DNA of 64,000 bases from an uncultured delta proteobacterium. GTDB lineage: Bacteria; Desulfobacterota; Binatia; UBA9968. Under the pieces are notes generated by a model. That model was not told the origin of the DNA. It was given only the letters and a program-made list of their open reading frames with translations, and searched no databases. Position numbers and translations under genes: made by a program. The stretch covers positions 1-64,000 of the forward strand of contig CAWFJP010000014.1 in assembly GCA_963816145.1 (NCBI GenBank), read 5' to 3'. Shown here one piece after another: positions 50,927 to 60,762 of this stretch (position 1 is its first letter; the number at the start of each line of letters is the position of its first letter).

Positions 50927-52168
50927 ATGCTTTATAATAAAGAACGGTTGCTTGCCTTGATGGACAAACATGATCTGGCCGGTGTGGTGGCGGCGACGCC
51001 GGAGAACATTTACTATCTGAGCGGCCATGCGTCGTGGAGCCAGAATGGTTATCGCTACGGCGGCTCGCAGGTTTATGTGGTTTACCCTCGCGATCCGGCG
51101 CAGAAGCCGGCGCTGCTGATCCCTGGCGGCGATGTCGGTTATGCGTCACTCGATGACGTGTGGATCGAAGAGAAGTATATTTATGGCCGGCCGCGTAACC
51201 CGCATATCACCGACATGAAGAAGCTTTCCGCCGTCGAGCAGCGGACGGTGAAGCTCGCCGGCAGCGACTCCAAAGGCCTGACGCCTGAGAAGGCACTGGC
51301 ACAAATGATTCAGGACAAGGGCATGGGCAGAGGGCGCATCGGCTTGGACCATTTTGCGATTCCGATCACGCAGTATGAAAAGATTCGCGCCAGCTTGCCG
51401 CAAGCGACGCTGCTGCCGGCGTCGATGTTTTTTCGCTATGTGCGCATGATCAAGACGGCGGAAGAAATTCACCGGCTAAGAGAGGCCGCCGAGGTCAACG
51501 AAGAGGCGATCAACACCATGCTGCGGGCTTGCCGGCCGCGAGTGACCGAGAACGAACTGGCGAGTATCTACAAGGGCGAGATCGCCAAGGCCGGCGGACA
51601 AGTTTACTGGATGCATATGGCGGTCACCCGCGGTGGCAACTTTCCGGCGATCAAAGACAACGTGCTGCAGAAGGGCGACATCTTTCGAGTTGACATGGGC
51701 TGCTCGATCAACGGCTATCACGCCGACGTGTGCAAGTCCGGCTGCGTCGGCGCCGAACCGACGGCGGAGCACCGTAAACGCTACGACGCGATCCAAGCCG
51801 GCGTGTTGAAGTCCGTCGAAACGTTGAAGCCTGGCGTGCGCCCGCAAGAGCTTTATGAAACCATGATCGCCGGGGTGCGTGCCAACGGCCTGCCGAATTA
51901 TTCCAACTTCTTCCTCGGCCACACCATCGGTTTGGAAGCGCGCGAGTTTCCGTTCCTCCTCGGCCCCGCCGAAGATGTCGACGATCCATTTTTGCCGAAC
52001 ACGACAAATATACCGGTGGAACCCGGAATGACCATGAATCTCGAAGCGTCGAACCACGAAGCCGGTTGGGGCACAGTACAAGTCGAATATACCTGCGCCG
52101 TGACTGAAACCGGGTATGAGCATCTGATTTTTCCGGATCAGCGCCTGATGACGTTGCCGTTAGCGTAA
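50927..52168 (+). CDS. M24 family (Xaa-Pro peptidase/creatinase-like) hydrolase
   Basis: PENIYYLSG, RMIKTAEEI, VDMG, HADV, GHTIG, LE..VE metal ligands. Confidence 0.88.
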   Translation: MLYNKERLLALMDKHDLAGVVAATPENIYYLSGHASWSQNGYRYGGSQVYVVYPRDPAQKPALLIPGGDVGYASLDDVWIEEKYIYGRPRNPHITDMKKLSAVEQRTVKLAGSDSKGLTPEKALAQMIQDKGMGRGRIGLDHFAIPITQYEKIRASLPQATLLPASMFFRYVRMIKTAEEIHRLREAAEVNEEAINTMLRACRPRVTENELASIYKGEIAKAGGQVYWMHMAVTRGGNFPAIKDNVLQKGDIFRVDMGCSINGYHADVCKSGCVGAEPTAEHRKRYDAIQAGVLKSVETLKPGVRPQELYETMIAGVRANGLPNYSNFFLGHTIGLEAREFPFLLGPAEDVDDPFLPNTTNIPVEPGMTMNLEASNHEAGWGTVQVEYTCAVTETGYEHLIFPDQRLMTLPLA

Positions 52169-52368
52169 GATTGGACCCAAGTTTGGACGTGTCGGTGGGC
52201 AGCGGAGTCGAATCGGGCGCTTCTGCAACCGCTTGAGCAATCCTGCAGGCTTTCTATGTGGTCAACGCGCTTGCGCCCAGGTTGTACCGCGTTGTTGGCA
52301 CAATCATCGACCCTAGTATTGTGAGAGGATTACTTTGATGGCTGTCTACGCTGCCATTGGCGGAAAGC

Positions 52369-52500
52369 GATATCGCGGCAGGGCTGGGTAAGAAGGGGCG
52401 CTTCGTCGCCTTCTCCGCCCTGCCGCATATGGCGATCGTCGATGCCCGGCGCGACTATTGGATGAAGGAAGTCGATCAATTCCTGCAACCCTTACAGTAA
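52369..52500 (+). pseudogene. Possible C-terminal remnant of an alpha/beta hydrolase
   Basis: DIAAGLGKKGRFVAFSALPHMAIVDARRDYWMKEVDQFLQPLQ*. Confidence 0.35.
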
Positions 52501-52559
52501 CCGGCAAGCCGCCGCGCGCCTCGCTTGCCCTCGGCGCTGATGCTAAGATATTTGGAGAA

Positions 52560-53306
52560 ATGAAAAAGGTCATACTTGTTACCGGCGCCGGCCGAGGTAT
52601 CGGCGCGGCGACGGCGCGTCTGGCGGCGCAGCAGGGCTACGCCGTGTGCGTGAACTATTTGCGCGACGGTAAAGCGGCGAACCGCGTCGTCGATGAAATC
52701 TTGCAAGCCGGCGGCTCGGCCATCGCCGTCGCCGCTGACGTGAGCGCGGAGGCCGACGTCGTACGCTTGTTCAAAACCGTCGACGCGTCACTGGGTTCGG
52801 TAACGGCATTGGTAAACAACGCGGCCATCAATGCCAAGCAGATGCGCGTCGAAACAATGGATGCGGCAAGGCTGGCGCGGGTCTTTGCCGTCAATGTCGC
52901 AGGCAGTTTTCTCTGCGCTCGCGAGGCGGTGCGGCGGATGTCGACCAGGCATGGCGGCAGCGGCGGCACCATCGTCAATATTTCTTCGGTAGCGTCCCGT
53001 CTCGGTTCCCCGGAGGAATATGTCGATTATGCCGCTACGAAGGCGGCCATTGACACTTTCACCATCGGTTTGGCGAAAGAAGTGGCGACGGAAGGTATTC
53101 GCGTCAACGCCGTTCGTCCCGGGGTCGTTTACACCGAGATTCATGCCGCCGCCGGCGAGCCTAATCGCGTCGACCGGGTAAAGGCCTTTGTGCCGATGCA
53201 GCGTGGCGGCCATCCCGAGGAAATCGCGCGGGCGATTATGTGGCTCGTGTCGGATGAAGCTTCCTACTGTACGGGTGCGATACTCGATGTCTCCGGCGGA
53301 CGTTAG
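52560..53306 (+). CDS. Short-chain dehydrogenase/reductase (YgfF-like)
   Basis: TGAGRGIG, NNAAI, YAATK, NAVRPG; RBS GGAG. Confidence 0.93.
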   Translation: MKKVILVTGAGRGIGAATARLAAQQGYAVCVNYLRDGKAANRVVDEILQAGGSAIAVAADVSAEADVVRLFKTVDASLGSVTALVNNAAINAKQMRVETMDAARLARVFAVNVAGSFLCAREAVRRMSTRHGGSGGTIVNISSVASRLGSPEEYVDYAATKAAIDTFTIGLAKEVATEGIRVNAVRPGVVYTEIHAAAGEPNRVDRVKAFVPMQRGGHPEEIARAIMWLVSDEASYCTGAILDVSGGR

Positions 53307-53597
53307 TTTTGCGCATTTGCAGGTCGGATTGGCCGGGTGAAACCCGACGGCTGGAAAGACTTGGGTTTCACGTTCCCGCCTATCACCGGGGGGAGCGAGC
53401 TTTTCTCAACGACTTGTTGTTGGGGCTCGGTAAATCGCTCCGTGAAAACAATGTGGCGATCCGCGGCTTGTGACGGAGAAGCCGGCTGCCCGAGGTAATT
53501 TGGTTGAGCGGCGCGGCAATGCGATGCAGCATGCGCCCAGCCGCGCACAGCGACATTGATGGAGTGGTTCGGAGGTTGCCGACGTGATTGCGCGGCT

Positions 53598-54850
53598 ATG
53601 AAGATTCTAAGTGGGAGCCCTGATGGGAAGGTTGATCTCTTACATTGCGGGATTGGCGCAACTGCGAGCGAGAGCGATGAAGAGCGCATTCCTCGGATTC
53701 TTTACGTTGGAGCCAGCTTTGGGTCGGTGCCCGCGTTGTTGCTTTACGGATGGCTGTTTCTCGACTTCGGCGCGCCGCTAGCGGCCCTGGCAATGTTCGG
53801 TTATCTTGCGATGGCGTTCTTTGCTTACTGCTTTTCGGCCTGACCAGGCGAAATTTCCACACCTATCTGAAGAATCTTTATCAGCGCCCATCTGCTGGCG
53901 TCATTGGCCAGTCACCTTGCGCTCGGCGGCATTGTGGCTTCGGCGGTGCACGCGGTATGGGGATTGTTGACGCCCCTGGGGCGTTGGTGTTGCTTACTCG
54001 CCGAGGGCGGCAATCCGATGGTTTTTGGCTTACCTAGTGCTGCTCGTGATCTGGGCTTTAGGTTCTCGTCAGGCGATCGGCCAACCGCTTCAATACGTTA
54101 CAACCGCGCGGGCTGGATTGCACCTAACGGTCATGAACATTACCGGCGTTTCGATTTTTGCCTTTGCGATTCTCTATTACTTTGTCCAACAGCGGGATCG
54201 GCTTTTTCACCTGCTGCGCGACGAGACGGGAACGATCGGAGGAACTGCTGCTCAATATCTTGCCGAAGGACATCGTGGCAATCCTGAGAGATCGACCGCA
54301 AACTATCGCGAATCAATTTGACGGCGCGACGATTCTTTTCGCCGACGTGGTGAACTTCACGCCGCTGGCAGCCGAAGATGACACCTAACGCAGATCGTCG
54401 AACTGCTAAATCAGGTATTCTCTTACTTCGACACCTTGGTCGATAAATACGACGTCGAGAAAATTAAAACCATCGGCGACTGCTATATGGTCGCCAGCGG
54501 AGTTCCCCGGCCGCGGCACGATCACGCTCAGGTGTTGGCTCGCCTGGCTTTGGAAATGCGCGATTTCGTCGAGTGCCATGAATTTAACGGCGAGCGACTG
54601 GAATTACGTATCGGGCATAAATTCCGGTCCGGTGGTTGCCGGAGTCATCGGTCAGAAGAAGTTCATCTACGATCTATGGGGAGACGCGGTGAACACGGCG
54701 AGCCGCATGGAATCTCACGGCGGCGCCGGCATTATTCAGATCACCGGCGCAACCTACGATCTGATCGGCAATGATTTTGTTTGCGTGCCGCGCGGCAAGA
54801 TCGAGGTCAAAGGCAAGGGCGAAATGGAAGTGTGGCAGGTGATGCGTTGA
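53598..54850 (+). pseudogene. Membrane-bound class III adenylate/guanylate cyclase, multiply frameshifted
   Basis: [57 protein letters not shown] spread over at least four ORF pieces. Confidence 0.85.
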
Positions 54851-55010
54851 TGAAGCGTCGGAACGTATTCCGTGATCTTTGTCTCTCGAGTGGTGCACCC
54901 GTAGCGGATTCTTGGCCTGCAACTCATAATTGAATTTTAGCGCGAGCGGTTTGCTCGCTCGATCTTTCGGCGCTATTACTCAGAAATTCTTTTTTACGGG
55001 CTGCCTCAAC

Positions 55011-56423
55011 GTGGAATCGCGCATAAATTATCTGCTTCTGGCTACCGCACTGCTCGGCACATTTTTTTCCGGCACGGCGACGCGAATTGTTTCCATCTCC
55101 ATGCCGACGGTGGCGCAGAGCTTGGGGACGGACTTGCTCGGGATGTCATGGGCGTTGCTGTCCTATCAGCTTTCCAACATCGGCCTGTCGGTGGTGTTCG
55201 GCCGCATTTCGGATATCTGGGGACGGGAGAAGATGTTTGCCGTGGGATTTCTGGTTTTTGCCGTCAGTTCTTTGCTCTGCGGCTTTTCCCAAACGGTTTT
55301 GCAGCTGATCGCCGCGCGCTTCATTCAAGGCGTCGGCGGGGCGATGTTGCAGTCGTCGAGCCGGGCGCTAGCGTCTGAGGCGGTGAGCGAGGACCTTGCC
55401 GGCAGGGCGCAGGGCTTCATGACCACGGCGCATCATGTCGGATTTATCCTCGGCCCCGGCATCGGCGGGGTGATGATCGATTATTTCAGCTGGCGCTGGA
55501 GTTTTTTCTTATTGGCCCCTGTCGGTTTTGCCGGCACGCTGTTGGCGTTGGCAAATATGAAGCGCGGACGGACCGCAATCACCCATCATCAAACCGGAAC
55601 CATCGATTACCTGGGTGCGGCGCTGCTGTTTGCGATCACCAGCGCGTTGGTGTTTCTCTTCGACCGGCGCACCCAGCATGCGGTCGGCGATGGCATGCGC
55701 ACCCTGTTGATCGGCATATTCCTTTCGTCGCTAATCGGATTTCTAGTGCACGAGTCGCGCGCTCGAAATCCTTTTGTCAATTTGCAGTTGTTCAAGATTC
55801 GGCGCTTTAGCTTCAGCGTGATCAGTTTGTTGATCGTCGCCATGTGCTACTCGTTGACCGGATTTCTCTTGCCGTTTTACCTGCAGGATATTCTCCATCT
55901 GTCGCCAACCCGGATCGGTATCTTGTTCATGGCGCCCTCGGTGCTCACCGTGGCGCTGGCACCGTTGAGCGGTTACTTAGCCGATCGTCTTGGACCTCGT
56001 ATCCCCGCCACTGCCGGTGTTGTGTTCATGATTATTTCCCTGGCTATCGGCGGGCTGCTGCGGGTCGACTCGCACTGGCTGATGCCGACACTATTGGTCG
56101 TCGTCGGCGCCATCACCAATGGCATATTCAATCCCGCCAACTCGACGGCGATGATCGCCATGATGGCGAAGGAGCATCGCGGCTTCGCTTCGGCGATCAA
56201 TCACGTGACCTTCGGTTTCGGCAATGTGTTCGGCGTGGCGCTGGGCGGTTTATCCATGTCGTTGGCTTTCGAGCATTACACCGGTGTGAAGGCCATGGCC
56301 TTGACCACCGTGAATGCCGCGGGATTCGTCGCCGCACTCAATCTGACGTTCGTGGGCGCGATCGTCTTGACGCTGATGGCGGTCGTCACCTCGGCGATGC
56401 GCGGCGCCGAGAAGCCGGGCTGA
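55011..56423 (+). CDS. MFS transporter, DHA2 (14-TM) family
   Basis: FGRISDIWGR, ARFIQGVGGA, GPGIGG..WRWSF, DYLG. Confidence 0.9.
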   Translation: MESRINYLLLATALLGTFFSGTATRIVSISMPTVAQSLGTDLLGMSWALLSYQLSNIGLSVVFGRISDIWGREKMFAVGFLVFAVSSLLCGFSQTVLQLIAARFIQGVGGAMLQSSSRALASEAVSEDLAGRAQGFMTTAHHVGFILGPGIGGVMIDYFSWRWSFFLLAPVGFAGTLLALANMKRGRTAITHHQTGTIDYLGAALLFAITSALVFLFDRRTQHAVGDGMRTLLIGIFLSSLIGFLVHESRARNPFVNLQLFKIRRFSFSVISLLIVAMCYSLTGFLLPFYLQDILHLSPTRIGILFMAPSVLTVALAPLSGYLADRLGPRIPATAGVVFMIISLAIGGLLRVDSHWLMPTLLVVVGAITNGIFNPANSTAMIAMMAKEHRGFASAINHVTFGFGNVFGVALGGLSMSLAFEHYTGVKAMALTTVNAAGFVAALNLTFVGAIVLTLMAVVTSAMRGAEKPG

Positions 56424-56576
56424 CGCGCGTGATTCCAAATTACAAATTTCAGATTCCAGACTAACATCCCAGCGGCCGGCGGGGTAGTATGTTGCCGCCA
56501 ATGGAACTTGGTTTGTAATCGATCTTCGATCTGGGAATAATTCGGCCAGTTTGCGCGGTTTATAAGGAGGCGGCTC

Positions 56577-57536
56577 ATGAGCGATAAGATCGTTTATCTC
56601 AACGGCACTTTTGTGCCCGAGAGCGAAGCCAAAGTCTCGGTGCTCGATTCCGGTTTCAATGCCGGCGACGGGGTTTACGATGTCACCCGCACTTTCGCTC
56701 ATCAACCTTTTCGCCTGCGCGCTCATACCGCGCGGCTGTTCCGATCGCTGCGCTACACGCGCATCGACTGCGGACTGTCCCTAGAACAGATGGAGCAGGC
56801 GACGCTCGATGTGCTCGAACGTAACAGGCCGACGCTGGCCAAGGACGAAGAGGTGGCGATCTGGCAGGTGGTGAGTCGCGGCGTGCGCTCGTCGCGCGGC
56901 AACCATGCGCTCAGTAAAGCGACGGTGGCGATCTACTGCATTTCCATTGGCTTTGAAGAATTCGCGCGCGACTATCTCGAAGGGGTGAAGCTGGTCATTC
57001 CGTCGACCCGGCGGATTCCGCCGCAGTGTTTGGAGCCCAAAGCCAAGATCAACAATAAAATGAATCACAATATGGCGATCTTCGAAGCGCGGCAGGTGGA
57101 TCCCCATGCGATCCCGCTGATGCTCGATCTCGACGGCAACATCAGCGAATCCAACGCGCATAACTTTTTTCTCGTCCTCGACGGCAAGCTGTGCACGCCG
57201 TCAGATAGGAATGTGCTCGACGGCATCACCAAGAAAGTCTTGCACGAACTGGCGGCGAATCTGGAGATCGAAGTCGTCGAAGGCAATTTCACGCCCTACG
57301 ACGCTTACAATGCCGAAGAGGCATTTCTCGCCAGCACCAGCCCGACCATCCTGCCGGTGCAGAGCATCAACGGTGTCAGGCCGACCAAGGAGATTCCGGG
57401 GCCTATTACCAGACGGCTGATTCAAGGCTGGAACAAGCTGGTGGGGCTGGACATCGTCGAGCAAGCGCTGGGGCACCTGGAATCCGCTGAGCGTGATCGT
57501 TTGTTAAAAGAGTGGCGGAGCAAGAGTGCGTGCTGA
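56577..57536 (+). CDS. Class IV PLP aminotransferase (IlvE/D-amino acid aminotransferase-like)
   Basis: YLNG, D.GF..GDGVYD, PKAK, E....NFF, LDGITK, AEEAFLAST. Confidence 0.9.
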   Translation: MSDKIVYLNGTFVPESEAKVSVLDSGFNAGDGVYDVTRTFAHQPFRLRAHTARLFRSLRYTRIDCGLSLEQMEQATLDVLERNRPTLAKDEEVAIWQVVSRGVRSSRGNHALSKATVAIYCISIGFEEFARDYLEGVKLVIPSTRRIPPQCLEPKAKINNKMNHNMAIFEARQVDPHAIPLMLDLDGNISESNAHNFFLVLDGKLCTPSDRNVLDGITKKVLHELAANLEIEVVEGNFTPYDAYNAEEAFLASTSPTILPVQSINGVRPTKEIPGPITRRLIQGWNKLVGLDIVEQALGHLESAERDRLLKEWRSKSAC

Positions 57537-57592
57537 CGTCGAGATAGTCGAGACCACTTGGCGGTCTTGATCCTCGTGTTGTTGCTCCGCGG

Positions 57593-58447
57593 TTACTCGG
57601 GAGCGCGGATTTCGATCATCACCGCCTCGGCATCGGCGCCCCAGCGTATTGGCAGAAAGACACTGCCCAAACCGCGCGATACAACGAGTTGAGATTTGCC
57701 GAAGCAATAGACTCCTTCGTCCAAACAGTAGCGGCTTTGACGGATGATCGCTGGTCCGTTGGGCAAGCGGATTTGGCCGCCGTGGGTATGTCCGGAGAGG
57801 GTCAGCGGTATGCCAAGTTTCTCGGCTTCGTAGAACTGGTCGGGGTTATGCGCCATCAGAAGATGCGGCGGCCCATGTTTCGCGGTTAGGCGATCCCAAT
57901 CGGGCCGGCCCATGATCCGGTCGTCGATGCCGCCCAAAACGAAACTGGCAGCGCCATGGGAGACGACCGCGCTGTCGTTCTTCAATGTGCGGATGCCGAT
58001 GGCGGCCAGATCGCTGCACAACTCCTCAGGGTCGCCGCCGAAGTAGTCGTGGTTGCCCATGCAATACCACGCGCCTAAGGGCGCCCGTGTCAGCGTCACT
58101 AGGCGGTCGAGAATGCGCTCCGCCTCGCTGACATGACCGGTGACCAGATCGCCACCAATGACAACGAGATCCGGCTCGAGTTCCATCAACTGGCAGAGTA
58201 TCTCCCACAGCGTTTCGGGCGGCAAAAAAATTCCCGCGTGAATATCCGTGATCAGCAGCACGCGCAGCGGCGCCATGCCGGCAGGCCAACCGGCGGGTGA
58301 AAGCTTTGTTTCGGCGAGCTCGAAGCGCCGCGCTAGCTGCCAACTATAGGGATTCCACATCTTGCCGAGCAGCGGATAAATAAAGCGTGAAATGCTTATG
58401 TCGGCGTAGCGCTCGCACAGTTTGATCAACCCCCGATTGGGATTCAT
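57593..58447 (-). CDS. Calcineurin-like metallophosphoesterase (YkuE-like)
   Basis: TDIH, GGDL, GNHD, AHNPD, SGHTHGGQ, SRGLG. Confidence 0.9.
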   Translation of the reverse strand: MNPNRGLIKLCERYADISISRFIYPLLGKMWNPYSWQLARRFELAETKLSPAGWPAGMAPLRVLLITDIHAGIFLPPETLWEILCQLMELEPDLVVIGGDLVTGHVSEAERILDRLVTLTRAPLGAWYCMGNHDYFGGDPEELCSDLAAIGIRTLKNDSAVVSHGAASFVLGGIDDRIMGRPDWDRLTAKHGPPHLLMAHNPDQFYEAEKLGIPLTLSGHTHGGQIRLPNGPAIIRQSRYCLDEGVYCFGKSQLVVSRGLGSVFLPIRWGADAEAVMIEIRAPE

Positions 58448-58727
58448 CAGACGGCGTTCCTTACCCGTCATCGCGCGCGGCGGCGCCAGTTGTCGTCGTT
58501 TGAGAATGGCAGTAGCTCTCCGGTTGTCAAAGTCGCCGCGCTGGCAAGGCGGGTTACGGCACAATTCAATGTGCCGGATTTCCGCGGCAGAGACAACGTT
58601 GGGAGTAAGAGCGGCTCGGCAAGCTCATGTTCCAAGTATGATCGCGCGATCGGCTGGAAGCCTCCGTGGTTTATTTGCCGTGGCGCAACTAGGTACGTTG
58701 AGGAGTGCCCCAAGGTAGTCCCGGGGC

Positions 58728-60666
58728 CACGGTAAACTTGTTCTCCGTTAAGCAGGAGCGGGGCGAGTCGTGAAGGAGTTTTTCGCCAGGCGCAAATAGT
58801 CGAAGACGGCGCGGATGTTTCTGTTGAGGCGGCGCATTTTCTGGGTGACGTTTTTGACGCCTTTGGATTGGAGGAGACCGATGGCAAAGCGGCGTAGGCG
58901 TGAAATATTCTCAGGGCCGTAGCCGGTGCGAATGCGACAGCGGTCCTCATCGAAGGCCCAATCGAGAACGTAGTGGCAGCAGTTTTCGATGGTCCAATGG
59001 CCCCGGTTGATTTCGAGCAAGCGCTGGGGCGAGGCCTGCCCAGGAGAACGGCTGGTAATACCGTAGGCGATTTCACGGGAAGTCTTGCCGGTTTTTTTGT
59101 TGAGGGTAATCCGTTCGATGGCAAAGGCTTGGCCGAGGTGAGGGAAGTTGAGATAAGCGTTGAGTTCAGTGGTGGTCCAGATTTGCCGAGTTTCAATGCG
59201 GCCATGATCGGGCGGGTCGTGCATGACAAACTGGGGTTGATGGCGATCGTTGAAGAACAGCACGAGATCGTCAAGGAGCGAGGGCTGATTGGCTTTAACC
59301 GTGAAGTGGTAGTGGGCTTTGCGGGTGCGGACCAAGTAGTCGGCGAGTTTACGTTGGGTGAGAAGGGCATCGGCGGTTAAGTCTTTGCCACACAGATCGA
59401 GGTCATCGAGGAGTGGAATGGCCATGCCGATCTCGTTGGTTTGTTTTAGCTCAGAGGTGTCGCCATGGGCGGGCAGCGAGCCGACTTTTTTTGGGTGTAG
59501 CAGATCTTGGAGTGGTGGCCGACCACGCTCATGACGTGAGTTTGATGGTCGTTGTGATCAAGGGCGTTGCGCATGGTTTTGCCGTCGATAGCGAGGGTAG
59601 AGTCCTGTTGAGCAAAGGCTTGATTGTAACGGTTTAGAGCTTTTTCGAGATCGCTGGGAGCCACCCGGATCATGACATCGCGGATGATCGACTCGCTGGG
59701 GACGAGGTATAGTCCGTTCACGTAACGGCAGCGAAATCTCTGGCGGGCCCGAGGCGAGAGGCTGTGGGCCCAGTCGGCGATGGCCTTATAGCCGCGCATG
59801 CCACACAGAGTAGCGGCACAAACAATGGCCAGGACGCAAGCGAGCGAATGGCGTCGTCCTTGGGCGCGGCGCGGATCGGGGATATCGGCAAAGAAGTCCC
59901 AAAGCGAGAGCATCTGTTGCGCGGTGAGTTTCATTTTCACAACTCCTTGGCGATACGGAACTGGCAAGACGCAGGCAGCGAGCAGGGAGCGGGCCTGTTG
60001 GTGTAAGGACTTAACGAAGACTTTTTTCGGTGCGATAGCGGTGTTGCTGTAGCCCTGAGGGGTGCGCCGATAACCACGGGTCAGCCCGAGATAGCTCCAG
60101 TTGGCGGATTGATAGACCGTGCCGACAAAACGTTGGGGGTCGACGAAGGTCTCCAGCAGCAGTAAGGAATGGCCAAAGCGCTCTTGCCAGTCGGCGCACA
60201 GCCGCTTGTGACACAATGATAGAATCTTGGAGCCGAGATTACGGTGGTGCCAATCGGGGAGGATTAAAAACCGGCTGTTGTTGGCGATCAGTTTTAAACG
60301 GTCGTAGTCGTACTGATGGTGCAAGTCCCAGCCGATCCACTGATCGCGCACGGCACATTTCCAGGCGGCGGCTGAAAACGTCAACAGTGCAATCCACTGA
60401 TCGTGATAGGTGGCCACGTACCACAGGGTCTGACCGATCTTGGGTAGATAGCCCAAGTAGTGATGTTCGGTCATCAGGCGACGGTGCAGCGACTCTTCGC
60501 TGCGCTCTGCCACACGGACTTGAACTTGGTCGAGCTTCAACGCTTGCGGCTTCTGCCTTTTCTCGCAAAGTCAGAACCGTTATACAGGATTGTGCAGGGG
60601 ATGTCCAGTTGTATCGAGAATCTTCTTACTCACCGCGAGGTTTATTGCCAGGACAAATTCACCCTG
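58728..60666 (-). mobile_element. Complete ISAs1-family insertion sequence (1939 bp) with DUF4338/DruA-like fusion
   Basis: Imperfect 16-bp TIRs (58728-58743 CACGGTAAACTTGTTC; 60651-60666 GGACAAATTCACCCTG); exact 10-bp DR GTCCCGGGGC at 58718-58727 and 60667-60676. Confidence 0.9.
58748..60540 (-). CDS. DUF4338(DruA-like)-ISAs1 transposase fusion, joined by a -1 frameshift
   Basis: HHYLG, RDQWIGW, NNSRFLILP, LETFVD, ANW; then IPDPRRAQGRRH, IDGKT; -1 frame TNEI, TADALLTQ, VKANQP, HGRIE, RGHWTIEN, F.ED; AAAAAAAG at 59492-59485. Confidence 0.87.
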
Positions 60667-60762
60667 GTCCCGGGGCGAATCGCCTTGACTTTGCGCAGGT
60701 GATTCCCGTATTTTCACTCGCACGATTCGACCCTTGAAGCGTATTTTATCAAGGAGAATTTT

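Noticed and set aside
53319-53380. Degenerate REP-like pair (gtcggatt...aaacccgac / ttgggtttc)
   Set aside because: Too degenerate and single-copy in this window to call
58748-60540. Druantia anti-phage system
   Set aside because: Only a DruA-like domain inside an IS; no DruE helicase or other dru genes in the window
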